A stretch of DNA of 64,000 nucleotides from Faecalibacterium sp. CAG:74 (GTDB lineage: Bacteria > Spirochaetota > Spirochaetia > Sphaerochaetales > Sphaerochaetaceae). This document shows, piece after piece, positions 52,592 to 60,871 of this stretch (the first letter of the stretch is position 1; every line of letters starts with the position of its first letter). The notes under the pieces are model-generated. The model saw only the letters and a program-made list of their open reading frames with translations. It searched no databases and was not told where the DNA came from. A program made the translations under genes and the position numbers. The stretch spans positions 8 through 64,007 of the forward strand of contig CAVHPV010000002.1 of NCBI GenBank assembly GCA_963638045.1. The letters are read 5' to 3'.

Positions 52592-54559
52592 TTGAGTCCG
52601 GCTTTTTCTGTAGATTATCCTCTCCCATTTGACACTCTCATATCTCTAAATTACATTATTCGCGTGTTGGAAGAAATAAAGAAAAAAGATATAGAACTCA
52701 ATTACAGTGCATACAGTTTCTCATCTGTTGATGCCGGAGAGAAGATTATCGGACAAGATAAGGCCATGGGACTTTTGAGACTCGGACTCTCCGTAAAGAG
52801 ACCGGGATACAATATCTTCCTCTCAGGAGATGAGGGATCGGGAAGGCTGACTGCCCTGACAGAGGAGATAAGACTCATCGAGAATGATCTCGATATGCTG
52901 AAAGACTGCGCCTACCTCCATAATGAGAGCCATCCCTCCAGACCTCTCGCCATCCTCTTTGAGAGGGGAAAGGCAAGGGAATTTCAGAGGGACCTTGATG
53001 ACATGAGGGACGGAAAGACAAGTAAGGATATGCTCATCAGAAAATGGAACGCCAATTTGAAGCTTGTGAAGTTCCTTACAACCCTCCCCCCTTTTGATAC
53101 CAACCCAGCAGCTTGGACTATTAATATTGTGCTTGACCGCAGCCACTACACAAGGCGTCCCCTTGTCGTGGAGACACATCCGTCACGCACATCCCTCTTC
53201 GGTTTCATCGAAAAGGAAGAGAGTGCACCTCATCTTTCAATCCGCTGTGGCAGCTACCAGGAGGCATGCGGCGGGTTTCTTGTACTCTCAGCCAGCGAAA
53301 TATGTGAGAACGAAGAGCTTTGGCAGACACTCAAGCGCTATCTCGATATGACAATGCGAGCTCTCTCGAGTACGGCAGTACAGGGAGAGATGATGTCCTC
53401 AATCAGACCATCCCCGATAGCAATGCTTACGAAGGTCATCCTGATGGGGCCCGAGGAGCTTTATGACAAGCTTATCGACAGCGATGAGACGTTCTTCCGT
53501 TACTTCAAGGTTTCTCCGGAGTTCGACTTCTCGATGCCGGCGACGGAGAAGAACATTAATGGAACTGTGAGTTACCTGAAGAAAACGGGGGAGAAGATGC
53601 TGAGGCAGGATGACTCGGCTTACCGCGAGATTCTCAGATACTCATCCTTCATCGCAGAAGACAGGACAAGACTTACCACCCAGCTCTCGATTCTCGGGGA
53701 CCTTCTTGAAGAGGCAGAGCTCGATGCATTGACAGAAGGGAATAACACCGTTACAGGTGACAATGTACGCTCAGCACTAAGAAAGAGGGACTATTACTCA
53801 TCAATAGCAGAGGAACACATAAACAGTGAAATCAAAGACGGCACGATGGTGATGGCCCTCAAGGGGGAAAAAACAGGCGTCGTCAACGGCCTTGCTGTCA
53901 TGGACAGAGCCCTCACCTCATTCGGCACCCCCTGTGTGATTTCAGCCACGGTCGCACCCGGAACAGAGGGAATAGTGAATATAGAGCATGAGGCGGGACT
54001 CAGTGGCAATATTCACGACAAGGGGCTTTTGATCCTCGAGGGATACCTCAGGCACATGTATGCCCAGGACTTTCCGCTTTCTCTCTATGCCGGGATATGT
54101 TTTGAGCAAAGCTACGGCAATGTTGACGGGGACTCCGCCTCTTCAGCAGAGCTCTATGCACTACTCTCCGCCATCGGACAATTCCCTCTCAGGCAGGACA
54201 TTGCCGTGACGGGCTCGGTAAATCAGATGGGGGAGCTGCAGCCGGTTGGAGGAATCAACGAGAAGATACAGGGCTTCTTTAATGCCTGCGAGACATGCGG
54301 CCTTACAGGAACCCAGGGAGTGATTATCCCATACCAGAACAAGACATCCTTAATCCTTCCCTACCATATCGAGAAGGCGATAGGAGACGGGACATTCCAC
54401 CTCTGGACGATATCATCAATAGATGAGGGGCTGGAACTCTTATCGGGACTTAAAATGGGAGAGAGGGACAGGAAAGGAAACTACCCGCACGGAACAATCA
54501 ACCGCTACATAGAGGATGAGCTCAAGTCTCTATGCCGGTCATCCCAGAGCTTTAAATGA
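52592..54559 (+). CDS. Lon-like (LonC-type) protease with degenerate AAA module
   Basis: C-terminal S16 domain with NVDGDSASSAELYALLSA (Ser) and GGINEKIQGF (Lys). The N-terminal P-loop position reads GDEGSGRLT, with no Walker A lysine. TTG start in the track; the true start is uncertain (GTG 52664 possible). Confidence 0.7.
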   Translation: MSPAFSVDYPLPFDTLISLNYIIRVLEEIKKKDIELNYSAYSFSSVDAGEKIIGQDKAMGLLRLGLSVKRPGYNIFLSGDEGSGRLTALTEEIRLIENDLDMLKDCAYLHNESHPSRPLAILFERGKAREFQRDLDDMRDGKTSKDMLIRKWNANLKLVKFLTTLPPFDTNPAAWTINIVLDRSHYTRRPLVVETHPSRTSLFGFIEKEESAPHLSIRCGSYQEACGGFLVLSASEICENEELWQTLKRYLDMTMRALSSTAVQGEMMSSIRPSPIAMLTKVILMGPEELYDKLIDSDETFFRYFKVSPEFDFSMPATEKNINGTVSYLKKTGEKMLRQDDSAYREILRYSSFIAEDRTRLTTQLSILGDLLEEAELDALTEGNNTVTGDNVRSALRKRDYYSSIAEEHINSEIKDGTMVMALKGEKTGVVNGLAVMDRALTSFGTPCVISATVAPGTEGIVNIEHEAGLSGNIHDKGLLILEGYLRHMYAQDFPLSLYAGICFEQSYGNVDGDSASSAELYALLSAIGQFPLRQDIAVTGSVNQMGELQPVGGINEKIQGFFNACETCGLTGTQGVIIPYQNKTSLILPYHIEKAIGDGTFHLWTISSIDEGLELLSGLKMGERDRKGNYPHGTINRYIEDELKSLCRSSQSFK

Positions 54560-54562
54560 AAT

Positions 54563-54584
54563 AGAGGCCCTTTCCGGGGCCTCT
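54563..54584. terminator. Hairpin between convergent lon-like and transporter genes
   Basis: AGAGGCCC-tttccg-GGGCCTCT. Confidence 0.5.
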
Positions 54585-54589
54585 CAAAC

Positions 54590-55948
54590 TCAAACAAGTC
54601 CGATGACTATGATTGCTATGATTATAAGCGGAAGAATGTAGCTGAGATAGAATCTCAATGCTTTGTTCGCCCCATTGTACTTCATGCCCTTTCCTGTGTT
54701 GGCCTCAGCAATGAAATTGCCATACCCCCAGCCGGAAGAGCGTGTGCAGAAGAGACACATCACTAAGCTACCGAGAGGAAGCAGGAGGTTGCTCACAAGG
54801 AAATCCCAGCTGTCAAGGAAACCTCTGTTCCCTATAAGAGTAATACCGCTGAAGAAGTTGTACTCGAATGCAACAGGAAGGGAGAGTACAGTCAAGCCGA
54901 TCGCATTTATTATGATACTCTTCTTTCTTGAAAATCCGAAGGTATCCATGAAGGATGCAACTATATTCTCCATTACCGCCAATACCGTACTCAATGCCGC
55001 AAACGACATGAAAACGAAGAAGAGCATTCCCCATATCCTGCCGCCGGCCATGTTGATGAAGACGTTGGGGAGCGTGATGAATATGAGGGACGGGCCCGCA
55101 TCAGGTGTAATATTGTAGCTGTAGCATGCGGGGAAGATTATGAGACCCGAGCAGAACGCAACAAAGGTATCAAGGCCGCATATTCTGACAGACTCACTGA
55201 GAAGAGTATTGTCGGAGCTCATATAAGTTCCGAAGATCTCCATTGCACATATCCCCAGTGAGAGTGTGAAGAATGCTTGGTTCATTGCAGCAACAATCGT
55301 GTCCGCAAGTCCCTTCTCCCCTATAGCATCCAGAGACGGCACAAGGTAGAACTTAAGTCCTTCTCCTGTTCCCGGGAGTGTGAATGAATGGATTACAAGT
55401 ATTATGATAAGGCCGAATAGTCCTAGCATCATAGTCTTGGAGACTTTCTCCACGCCCTTCTCCAGCCCACGTGCACAGACAACAATGCCGATTGCAACGG
55501 CAATAAGCATGAAGATGAGGCTCTCCGAGGGAGAAGCAAGCATATTGCTAAAGACAGCGGAGACATCCGTACCCTGTGTAAACTGACCTGTCAGGAACTT
55601 GTATGTATAGTCAAGCATCCACCCTGTGACCGAGTGATAGAACATCAGGAGAAGGTAACAACCTGCTATCGAGAAGTATCCTGCGATATGCCACTTTGTT
55701 CCCTTCTTTTCGAGGGTTCTGAAGCCGTTTACAGTGCTTTTTCTGCTTCCTCTTCCGATTCCGATCTCCATTGTCAGGACAGGAACACCCATGATGACAA
55801 GAAAGACAAGATATATAAGTACAAAGATTCCACCACCATACTGGCCGACAAGCCAGGGAAACTTCCATACGTTCCCGATTCCTATAGCACAACCTGCACT
55901 GACAAGTAAAAACCCAAGCCTGGACTTAAAGCTTTCTCTATTCTCCAT
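54590..55948 (-). CDS. Sodium-dependent neurotransmitter:sodium symporter (NSS/SNF) family transporter
   Basis: GFLLVSAGCAIGIGNVWKFPWLVGQYGGG and about 11-12 TM segments. Confidence 0.85.
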   Translation of the reverse strand: MENRESFKSRLGFLLVSAGCAIGIGNVWKFPWLVGQYGGGIFVLIYLVFLVIMGVPVLTMEIGIGRGSRKSTVNGFRTLEKKGTKWHIAGYFSIAGCYLLLMFYHSVTGWMLDYTYKFLTGQFTQGTDVSAVFSNMLASPSESLIFMLIAVAIGIVVCARGLEKGVEKVSKTMMLGLFGLIIILVIHSFTLPGTGEGLKFYLVPSLDAIGEKGLADTIVAAMNQAFFTLSLGICAMEIFGTYMSSDNTLLSESVRICGLDTFVAFCSGLIIFPACYSYNITPDAGPSLIFITLPNVFINMAGGRIWGMLFFVFMSFAALSTVLAVMENIVASFMDTFGFSRKKSIIINAIGLTVLSLPVAFEYNFFSGITLIGNRGFLDSWDFLVSNLLLPLGSLVMCLFCTRSSGWGYGNFIAEANTGKGMKYNGANKALRFYLSYILPLIIIAIIVIGLV

Positions 55949-56723
55949 CACCTTCCTCACTTTCTGCCCAATATTGTAATAATATGGCCACAGCTGATGC
56001 TACATTAATTGAGCCTTTTACTCCATACTGTTTGATAGAAACCCGCCCGAGGCTGCTGTCCGCCGCTCTGAGAGCACGTCCCGACACACCGTCCTCCTCG
56101 CTTCCTATTATGCAAACAGCATCTTTCGGGAATTTGAATGAGGTTATGTCCTCGCCTCCAAGCTCAAGAGCAAAGAGAGGTTTATCAACATCCTCAAGTT
56201 CCCTGAAAGTCCAATCCACACCTTCTGTAGTATTACGGCTTGTACGCTTCGCCCTCTCATGGAGTGGAGAGGCCGAACCCGGAGAGAGATATATTCCCTT
56301 GACACCGAATGCCTCGGCAGAGCGGAAGATAGACCCGACATTGTACGGGGATCTTAGATGATCAAGATAGAGATAATGGTTAAAGACCGTCCTCTCACTC
56401 CAGGCAATCTCGCCATCCGGGGTAACCATGTCCCAGTCGGCAACGCTCTCACCGAGTATAGTCAGCGTCCTGTAGTAAATGTCCCGGTAGTCCTCCTTAC
56501 CTCCCATCTTATAGAAATAGAGGATATCTTCCTTGTCCTTTTTGGAGAGGAGCTCCTCTTCAAGAAGAGTATCGAGAGCCTCCTTCACATAAGATGGATC
56601 AAGCTCCGTGCGGGTGGCAAGAAAGAAGATTTCCCCCAGCCTCCGGACTCTCACCCTTTCCTTAAGCGTCCGTATCTTCTTTATCGTTATCACAGTTGTC
56701 TCCCGGAACAACAAGTAGTACAA
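55938..56723 (-). CDS. SpoU/TrmH-family RNA 2'-O-methyltransferase
   Basis: IIGSEEDGVS and GSINVASAVAILL motifs. The start is uncertain (TTG in the track overlaps rsmI by 62 nt; GTG at 56693 or 56654 possible). Confidence 0.7.
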   Translation of the reverse strand: MYYLLFRETTVITIKKIRTLKERVRVRRLGEIFFLATRTELDPSYVKEALDTLLEEELLSKKDKEDILYFYKMGGKEDYRDIYYRTLTILGESVADWDMVTPDGEIAWSERTVFNHYLYLDHLRSPYNVGSIFRSAEAFGVKGIYLSPGSASPLHERAKRTSRNTTEGVDWTFRELEDVDKPLFALELGGEDITSFKFPKDAVCIIGSEEDGVSGRALRAADSSLGRVSIKQYGVKGSINVASAVAILLQYWAESEEGDGE

Positions 56724-57372
56724 ACTCTCCCTTTATACTCTGTCGCTCTCTGTAGGACTCAAGAATCTCCTCAGGGGTGCCTACATTGATCTCCTCATGG
56801 GCTTTTGTGAGCTCACGCCCGACAACAATCCTCTTCACACTTTCAAAGGAGGCTATCTCCTCCATCGTCTTAAGAACCCTGAAGGGAGACTCATAGATAA
56901 TAAAGGCATTACCTTGAGCGATAAGCTCCTCCAGTCTCTTAAGTCGTCTTCCCTTCTTGGGAGATAGAAAGCCTTCGAATGTGAATGCCTTCCCGATCCG
57001 CCCAGCAGCGGAAATTAAAGAGACGAATGCACTTGCCCCGGGGATTGGGACAATTGTATGCTCACTCTCTCTCCGCACCATCTCGCAAAGCCTGCTTCCC
57101 GGGTCTGAAATACCGGGAGTACCGGCATCGGAGCAATAGGCGATATTCCTACCTTCATCAAGGAGGGCGATAATCCCCTTCGCAGACTCCTCTTCGTTGT
57201 ATGAATGGCATGCAATAAGCCTCTTCTGAATATCGTAGTGGGAGAGAAGAAGCTGTGTGTGTCTTGTATCCTCACATGCTATTACATCAACAGCTTTAAG
57301 AACATTGAGTGCCCTCAGTGTAATATCTTCAAGGTTTCCTATCGGTGTTGCCACCATATATAAAGTGCTCAT
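56662..57372 (-). CDS. rsmI: 16S rRNA (cytidine1402-2'-O)-methyltransferase
   Basis: LYMVATPIGNLEDITLRAL, CEDTRHT, SDAGTPGISDPG. Confidence 0.85.
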   Translation of the reverse strand: MSTLYMVATPIGNLEDITLRALNVLKAVDVIACEDTRHTQLLLSHYDIQKRLIACHSYNEEESAKGIIALLDEGRNIAYCSDAGTPGISDPGSRLCEMVRRESEHTIVPIPGASAFVSLISAAGRIGKAFTFEGFLSPKKGRRLKRLEELIAQGNAFIIYESPFRVLKTMEEIASFESVKRIVVGRELTKAHEEINVGTPEEILESYRERQSIKGEFVLLVVPGDNCDNDKEDTDA

Positions 57373-57381
57373 TATTGCAGT

Positions 57382-58368
57382 CTATCCCTTTTCCCTTTCC
57401 TGTTTAAGTCTCTCATAGTATTTGCGGTACATCCCCCTGAACTGATCATAGCTGAGCCCGAGGAGCTCTGATGCCTTCTTCTGGCTGCGGTCTCCTTGTC
57501 TCAATGCCCTCATTATGAATGCCATGTCGAGGTCCTCCCTCGCTCTTTCATATTCATCGAGGGCATAGGAGGAGAATTCATTCCCTTTCTCCTCTTTCTT
57601 CTCTTCAAAAGGATTAAGAAACGGATCAAAGACAATGGAGTCAATCACCCTGTCCCGGCTTTTGTAGACAGCTCTCTCCACAGTATTCTTGAGCTCCCTA
57701 ATATTACCCGGCCACGGGTAAGAGAGAAGCTCTCTCTTTACCTTCTCGCTGAAGACGGGAGAGTAATCCCGTTTACACTCAAGTGCCATCTTGAGGGCGA
57801 AGTATTCGGCAAGGAGGAGGATATCATCTCCGCGTGCCCTGAGTGGAGGGACGAATATGACATCAAAGGAGAGCCTGTCAAGGAGATCTTCCTTGAATCT
57901 CCCCTCCTCGCTCATTCTCTTGAGGTTGGCATTCGTTGCTCCGATAATCCTCACGTTGACACTTCTTGTCTCTGAGGAGCCGAGTCTCTCGAATGTTCCG
58001 TATTCAACAACACGCAGCAGCTTCTCCTGGACAGAGAGAGGTATCAGGCCGATCTCGTCAAGAAAGAGGGTTCCTCCGTCAGCTTCCTCAAATCTTCCCT
58101 TCCTTGACTGGAATGCCCCCGTGAAAGCCCCCTTCTCATAGCCGAAGAGCTCAGACTCGATAAGACTCTCAGGAAGAGAAGCAGAATTCACAGTCACAAG
58201 GGGCTTGTCCCAGCGAGATGACATATAGTGCACACGACGTGCCGCCATCTCCTTACCCGTTCCTCTCTCTCCGAGGAATAAGACGGGCCTCTCAACTGTG
58301 GCACAAAGTGCTATTTGATCAAGCAATTCAAGATAGGCCTCACTTTCACCTATCGGTTCATTCATCAT
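57382..58368 (-). CDS. pspF: Sigma-54-dependent psp operon activator PspF
   Basis: AAA+ EBP core without a receiver domain: GERGTGKE, ESELFGYEKGAFTGA, GTLFLDEI, WPGNIRELKN. Collinear with E. coli PspF as recalled. Confidence 0.85.
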   Translation of the reverse strand: MMNEPIGESEAYLELLDQIALCATVERPVLFLGERGTGKEMAARRVHYMSSRWDKPLVTVNSASLPESLIESELFGYEKGAFTGAFQSRKGRFEEADGGTLFLDEIGLIPLSVQEKLLRVVEYGTFERLGSSETRSVNVRIIGATNANLKRMSEEGRFKEDLLDRLSFDVIFVPPLRARGDDILLLAEYFALKMALECKRDYSPVFSEKVKRELLSYPWPGNIRELKNTVERAVYKSRDRVIDSIVFDPFLNPFEEKKEEKGNEFSSYALDEYERAREDLDMAFIMRALRQGDRSQKKASELLGLSYDQFRGMYRKYYERLKQEREKG

Positions 58369-58486
58369 ATTCACAGGTAAATTATACACACGAAGGTTAA
58401 AAATACCAACAACCAGATACATCCCAAACAAGGGAAATTTATATCCAAAAATCTAACTACTTATCTTATAAAAGAATAATAAAAAT

Positions 58487-58502
58487 TGGCATGCATTTTG
58501 TA
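58487..58502 (+). promoter_or_regulatory. Candidate sigma-54 (-24/-12) promoter of pspA
   Basis: TGGCATGCATTTTGTA versus consensus TGGCACG-N4-TTGCW (GG and TG correctly spaced). It lies 27 nt upstream of the pspA ATG. Confidence 0.6.
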
Positions 58503-58528
58503 TTATTTTAGGCATAGGAGATAAGAAA

Positions 58529-59170
58529 ATGGGTATTTTCACCAGATTTAAAGACATCGTTAATTCCAACATCAATTCACTTCTCGACAAGGCAGAAGAC
58601 CCTGAGAAGATGCTCAAGCTTATGATTACAGAGATGGAAGATACTGTAATCGACCTCAAGACAAGCACAGCCAGCCGTATGGCTGAAGCCATAAGACTGG
58701 ACAAAAAGGTAAGCGAAGCACATGATACCGTAGAAAGATGGCAGAAGCGTGCTGAGCTTGCAATAGAGAAAGGAAAAGAGGATCTTGCAAGGGAGGCTCT
58801 TGTCGAGAAAAAGAGAGCAGCAGAGGACGAGGAGAGACTCAGAGGAAGTCTTGTCGCACTCAAGAATGCAATCGAAGAGGGCAAGAAGGAGATAACTACC
58901 CTTGAGGACAAGGTGAAAGCTGCCAAGGTGAAGCTTGAGACTCTCCAGAGAGAAAGTGTAAGAGCCGAGGAGAGACAGAAGGAAAGTGTAAACCTCAATG
59001 CACGCTTCGAGGACCTTGAGAACAGGATCAACAGGATGAACGCCTACACTGAGCTTAACAGAGCGAAGGAAGAGGAATCGAAGGAAGAGAAGTTCAGGAA
59101 GATGGAGACAAGCGAGGAAATCGAAGAGGAGATTTCCAGAATAAAGAAAGAAAAGGGAATTGAGATATGA
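58529..59170 (+). CDS. pspA: Phage shock protein A
   Basis: MGIFTRFKDIVNSNINSLLDKAEDPEKMLKLMITEMEDT closely parallels the E. coli PspA N-terminus. Coiled-coil composition. Confidence 0.9.
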   Translation: MGIFTRFKDIVNSNINSLLDKAEDPEKMLKLMITEMEDTVIDLKTSTASRMAEAIRLDKKVSEAHDTVERWQKRAELAIEKGKEDLAREALVEKKRAAEDEERLRGSLVALKNAIEEGKKEITTLEDKVKAAKVKLETLQRESVRAEERQKESVNLNARFEDLENRINRMNAYTELNRAKEEESKEEKFRKMETSEEIEEEISRIKKEKGIEI

Positions 59171-59457
59171 CAGTGCTTTACATTCTCATTGTCATTTTCT
59201 CCTTTATAATCATACTTGAGTACATAGGTGAGAAAGAAAAGACAAAGAGAACGAAAATGAAGATAGAGGCTTACCTCCGCGACAGGGAGATGAGCGAAGG
59301 GTATTCACCCGGAACTTATTCGAATGTAGAAGAAAGAGACTCCTCCTCACCCCATAAAATGAGCAGGGAGGAGCTCAAAAGGGCTATCAGGAATCTAGAG
59401 GAGAGGCTTGAGAATCTCGATACGATTCTTAAAGCAAGAAAATATAAGGAAGCATGA
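59167..59457 (+). CDS. pspB: PspB-like small membrane protein
   Basis: N-terminal TM helix. C-terminal IRNLEERLENLDTILKAR resembles E. coli PspB RIQALESILDAE. ATGA overlaps on both sides. Confidence 0.55.
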   Translation: MTVLYILIVIFSFIIILEYIGEKEKTKRTKMKIEAYLRDREMSEGYSPGTYSNVEERDSSSPHKMSREELKRAIRNLEERLENLDTILKARKYKEA

Positions 59458-59864
59458 AGATGGCAATAAGAACAAGAAGATGGACACGATCCCCAAGGGG
59501 GGAGATTTTCGGGGTTGTTACAGGTCTTGCCGAGTGGAGAGGACTCCCTCCCAGCACGACAAGGCTCATTGTCCTCCTGATTACAATTTTCACGGCAATC
59601 TTTCCTGCGGTGCTGATCTACCTTATCCTCGCAATCATACTTCCCGAGCAGACTCCGGATGATATCATAGGCGAGAATGATTATAGGACCTTCAGCACAA
59701 GAAGCAGAAGAAACAATGATTATGCCGAGGACGCAACCTTCCGGGAGAAGAGTGACGAAGACCTAGAGAAGGAATACGAGAATCTCAAGAAGAAAGTCGA
59801 GACCATGGAGAATGACATCTACGACAAGGAAAAGGATTGGGACAACCGCTTCAAGAACAGCTGA
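59454..59864 (+). CDS. pspC: PspC-domain protein
   Basis: RSPRGEIFGVVTGLAEWRGLPPSTTRLIVLLITIF...ILAIILP (PspC domain). Confidence 0.8.
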   Translation: MKMAIRTRRWTRSPRGEIFGVVTGLAEWRGLPPSTTRLIVLLITIFTAIFPAVLIYLILAIILPEQTPDDIIGENDYRTFSTRSRRNNDYAEDATFREKSDEDLEKEYENLKKKVETMENDIYDKEKDWDNRFKNS

Positions 59865-59880
59865 GAAGAGTAACAGCACA

Positions 59881-59909
59881 AACTGCTTCCACTAGGGAGC
59901 AGTTTTTTT
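59881..59909 (+). terminator. Rho-independent terminator of the psp operon
   Basis: AACTGCTTCC-acta-GGGAGCAGTT followed by TTTTTTT. Confidence 0.75.
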
Positions 59910-60178
59910 ATCACACTAAACTAAATTCCTCTGGAAAAGAATCACAAATCATTAACCATCACATCCAATCATGTCCCGGAAACTATTAACAAACAAGGAA
60001 AACAGAAAAGAGTATCATCCTACTTTTGTCCCGAAAATTGACAATTCTTTATAAATATTGAAAATATCATGATAAATATAGGCTAACATAGTTGATTAAT
60101 TGAAAAATTGTATTTTAATCTTCTCTTGTGAAATATTAATTTCATGGCAATTGAATTATAACAGAGGAGAGAAAAATT

Positions 60179-60772
60179 ATGGCTACAGTGCAAACAAGAA
60201 TAGAGGAAGTCATCAAATATGCCGCTACAGGCACCATCTTCTCAATCTATGACTTCGTACCCTACGGCAACTATGAGTCAGCAAAGAAAGCTCTCCTCAG
60301 AGCAGAGAAAAGAGGGGAACTAAAAAGGATACTCAACGGTCTCTACTATAAGCCAGGCCTCCTCTACACTCATCCCCCCATGGACGATATAGCACGAGCA
60401 ATAGCACTCAAGTTCGGCTGGACAATAGCCCCCTCGGGAGAGGAATGCCTTAGAAAGCTCGGCCTCAGCGATACCCAAAAGACAGAGAACCGATATCTCT
60501 CAAGCGGACCCGGACGCACCTACACAATATTTGGAGAATACCTCGCCTTCACCCATACCACTTCCCGGGACATCGTAGGACTCTCGGCGATGTCGATCAC
60601 AGTTGTCCAGGCCTTGAAGGAATACGGGAGAGGAAACATCCCAGATATAATACTTGAGAAGATCAGTAGCAGACTCACCAACGAAGAGAAAGAAACACTC
60701 TTCAAGGAAACCTCAAGCACAACTACCTGGGTCCACTCCGATATAACACGAATGCTTACCCTCTTCCCCTGA
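60179..60772 (+). CDS. AbiEi-like antitoxin-domain protein (DUF6088-type), without a cognate toxin gene
   Basis: FSIYDFVPYGNYESAKKALLRAEKRGELKRILNGLYYKPG fits the AbiEi N-terminal winged-helix pattern (DF...aL.RL...G.L.Ri..GlY). No AbiEii nucleotidyltransferase ORF follows. Confidence 0.5.
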   Translation: MATVQTRIEEVIKYAATGTIFSIYDFVPYGNYESAKKALLRAEKRGELKRILNGLYYKPGLLYTHPPMDDIARAIALKFGWTIAPSGEECLRKLGLSDTQKTENRYLSSGPGRTYTIFGEYLAFTHTTSRDIVGLSAMSITVVQALKEYGRGNIPDIILEKISSRLTNEEKETLFKETSSTTTWVHSDITRMLTLFP

Positions 60773-60871
60773 CTGAATGCACCCCCTAGCCAGAAGCCAG
60801 AGGGTGCGGGGGAATAATAAATCTATGTGCACTGCCTATGGGGTGGCAGATAACACCTTAGCCACACTACA

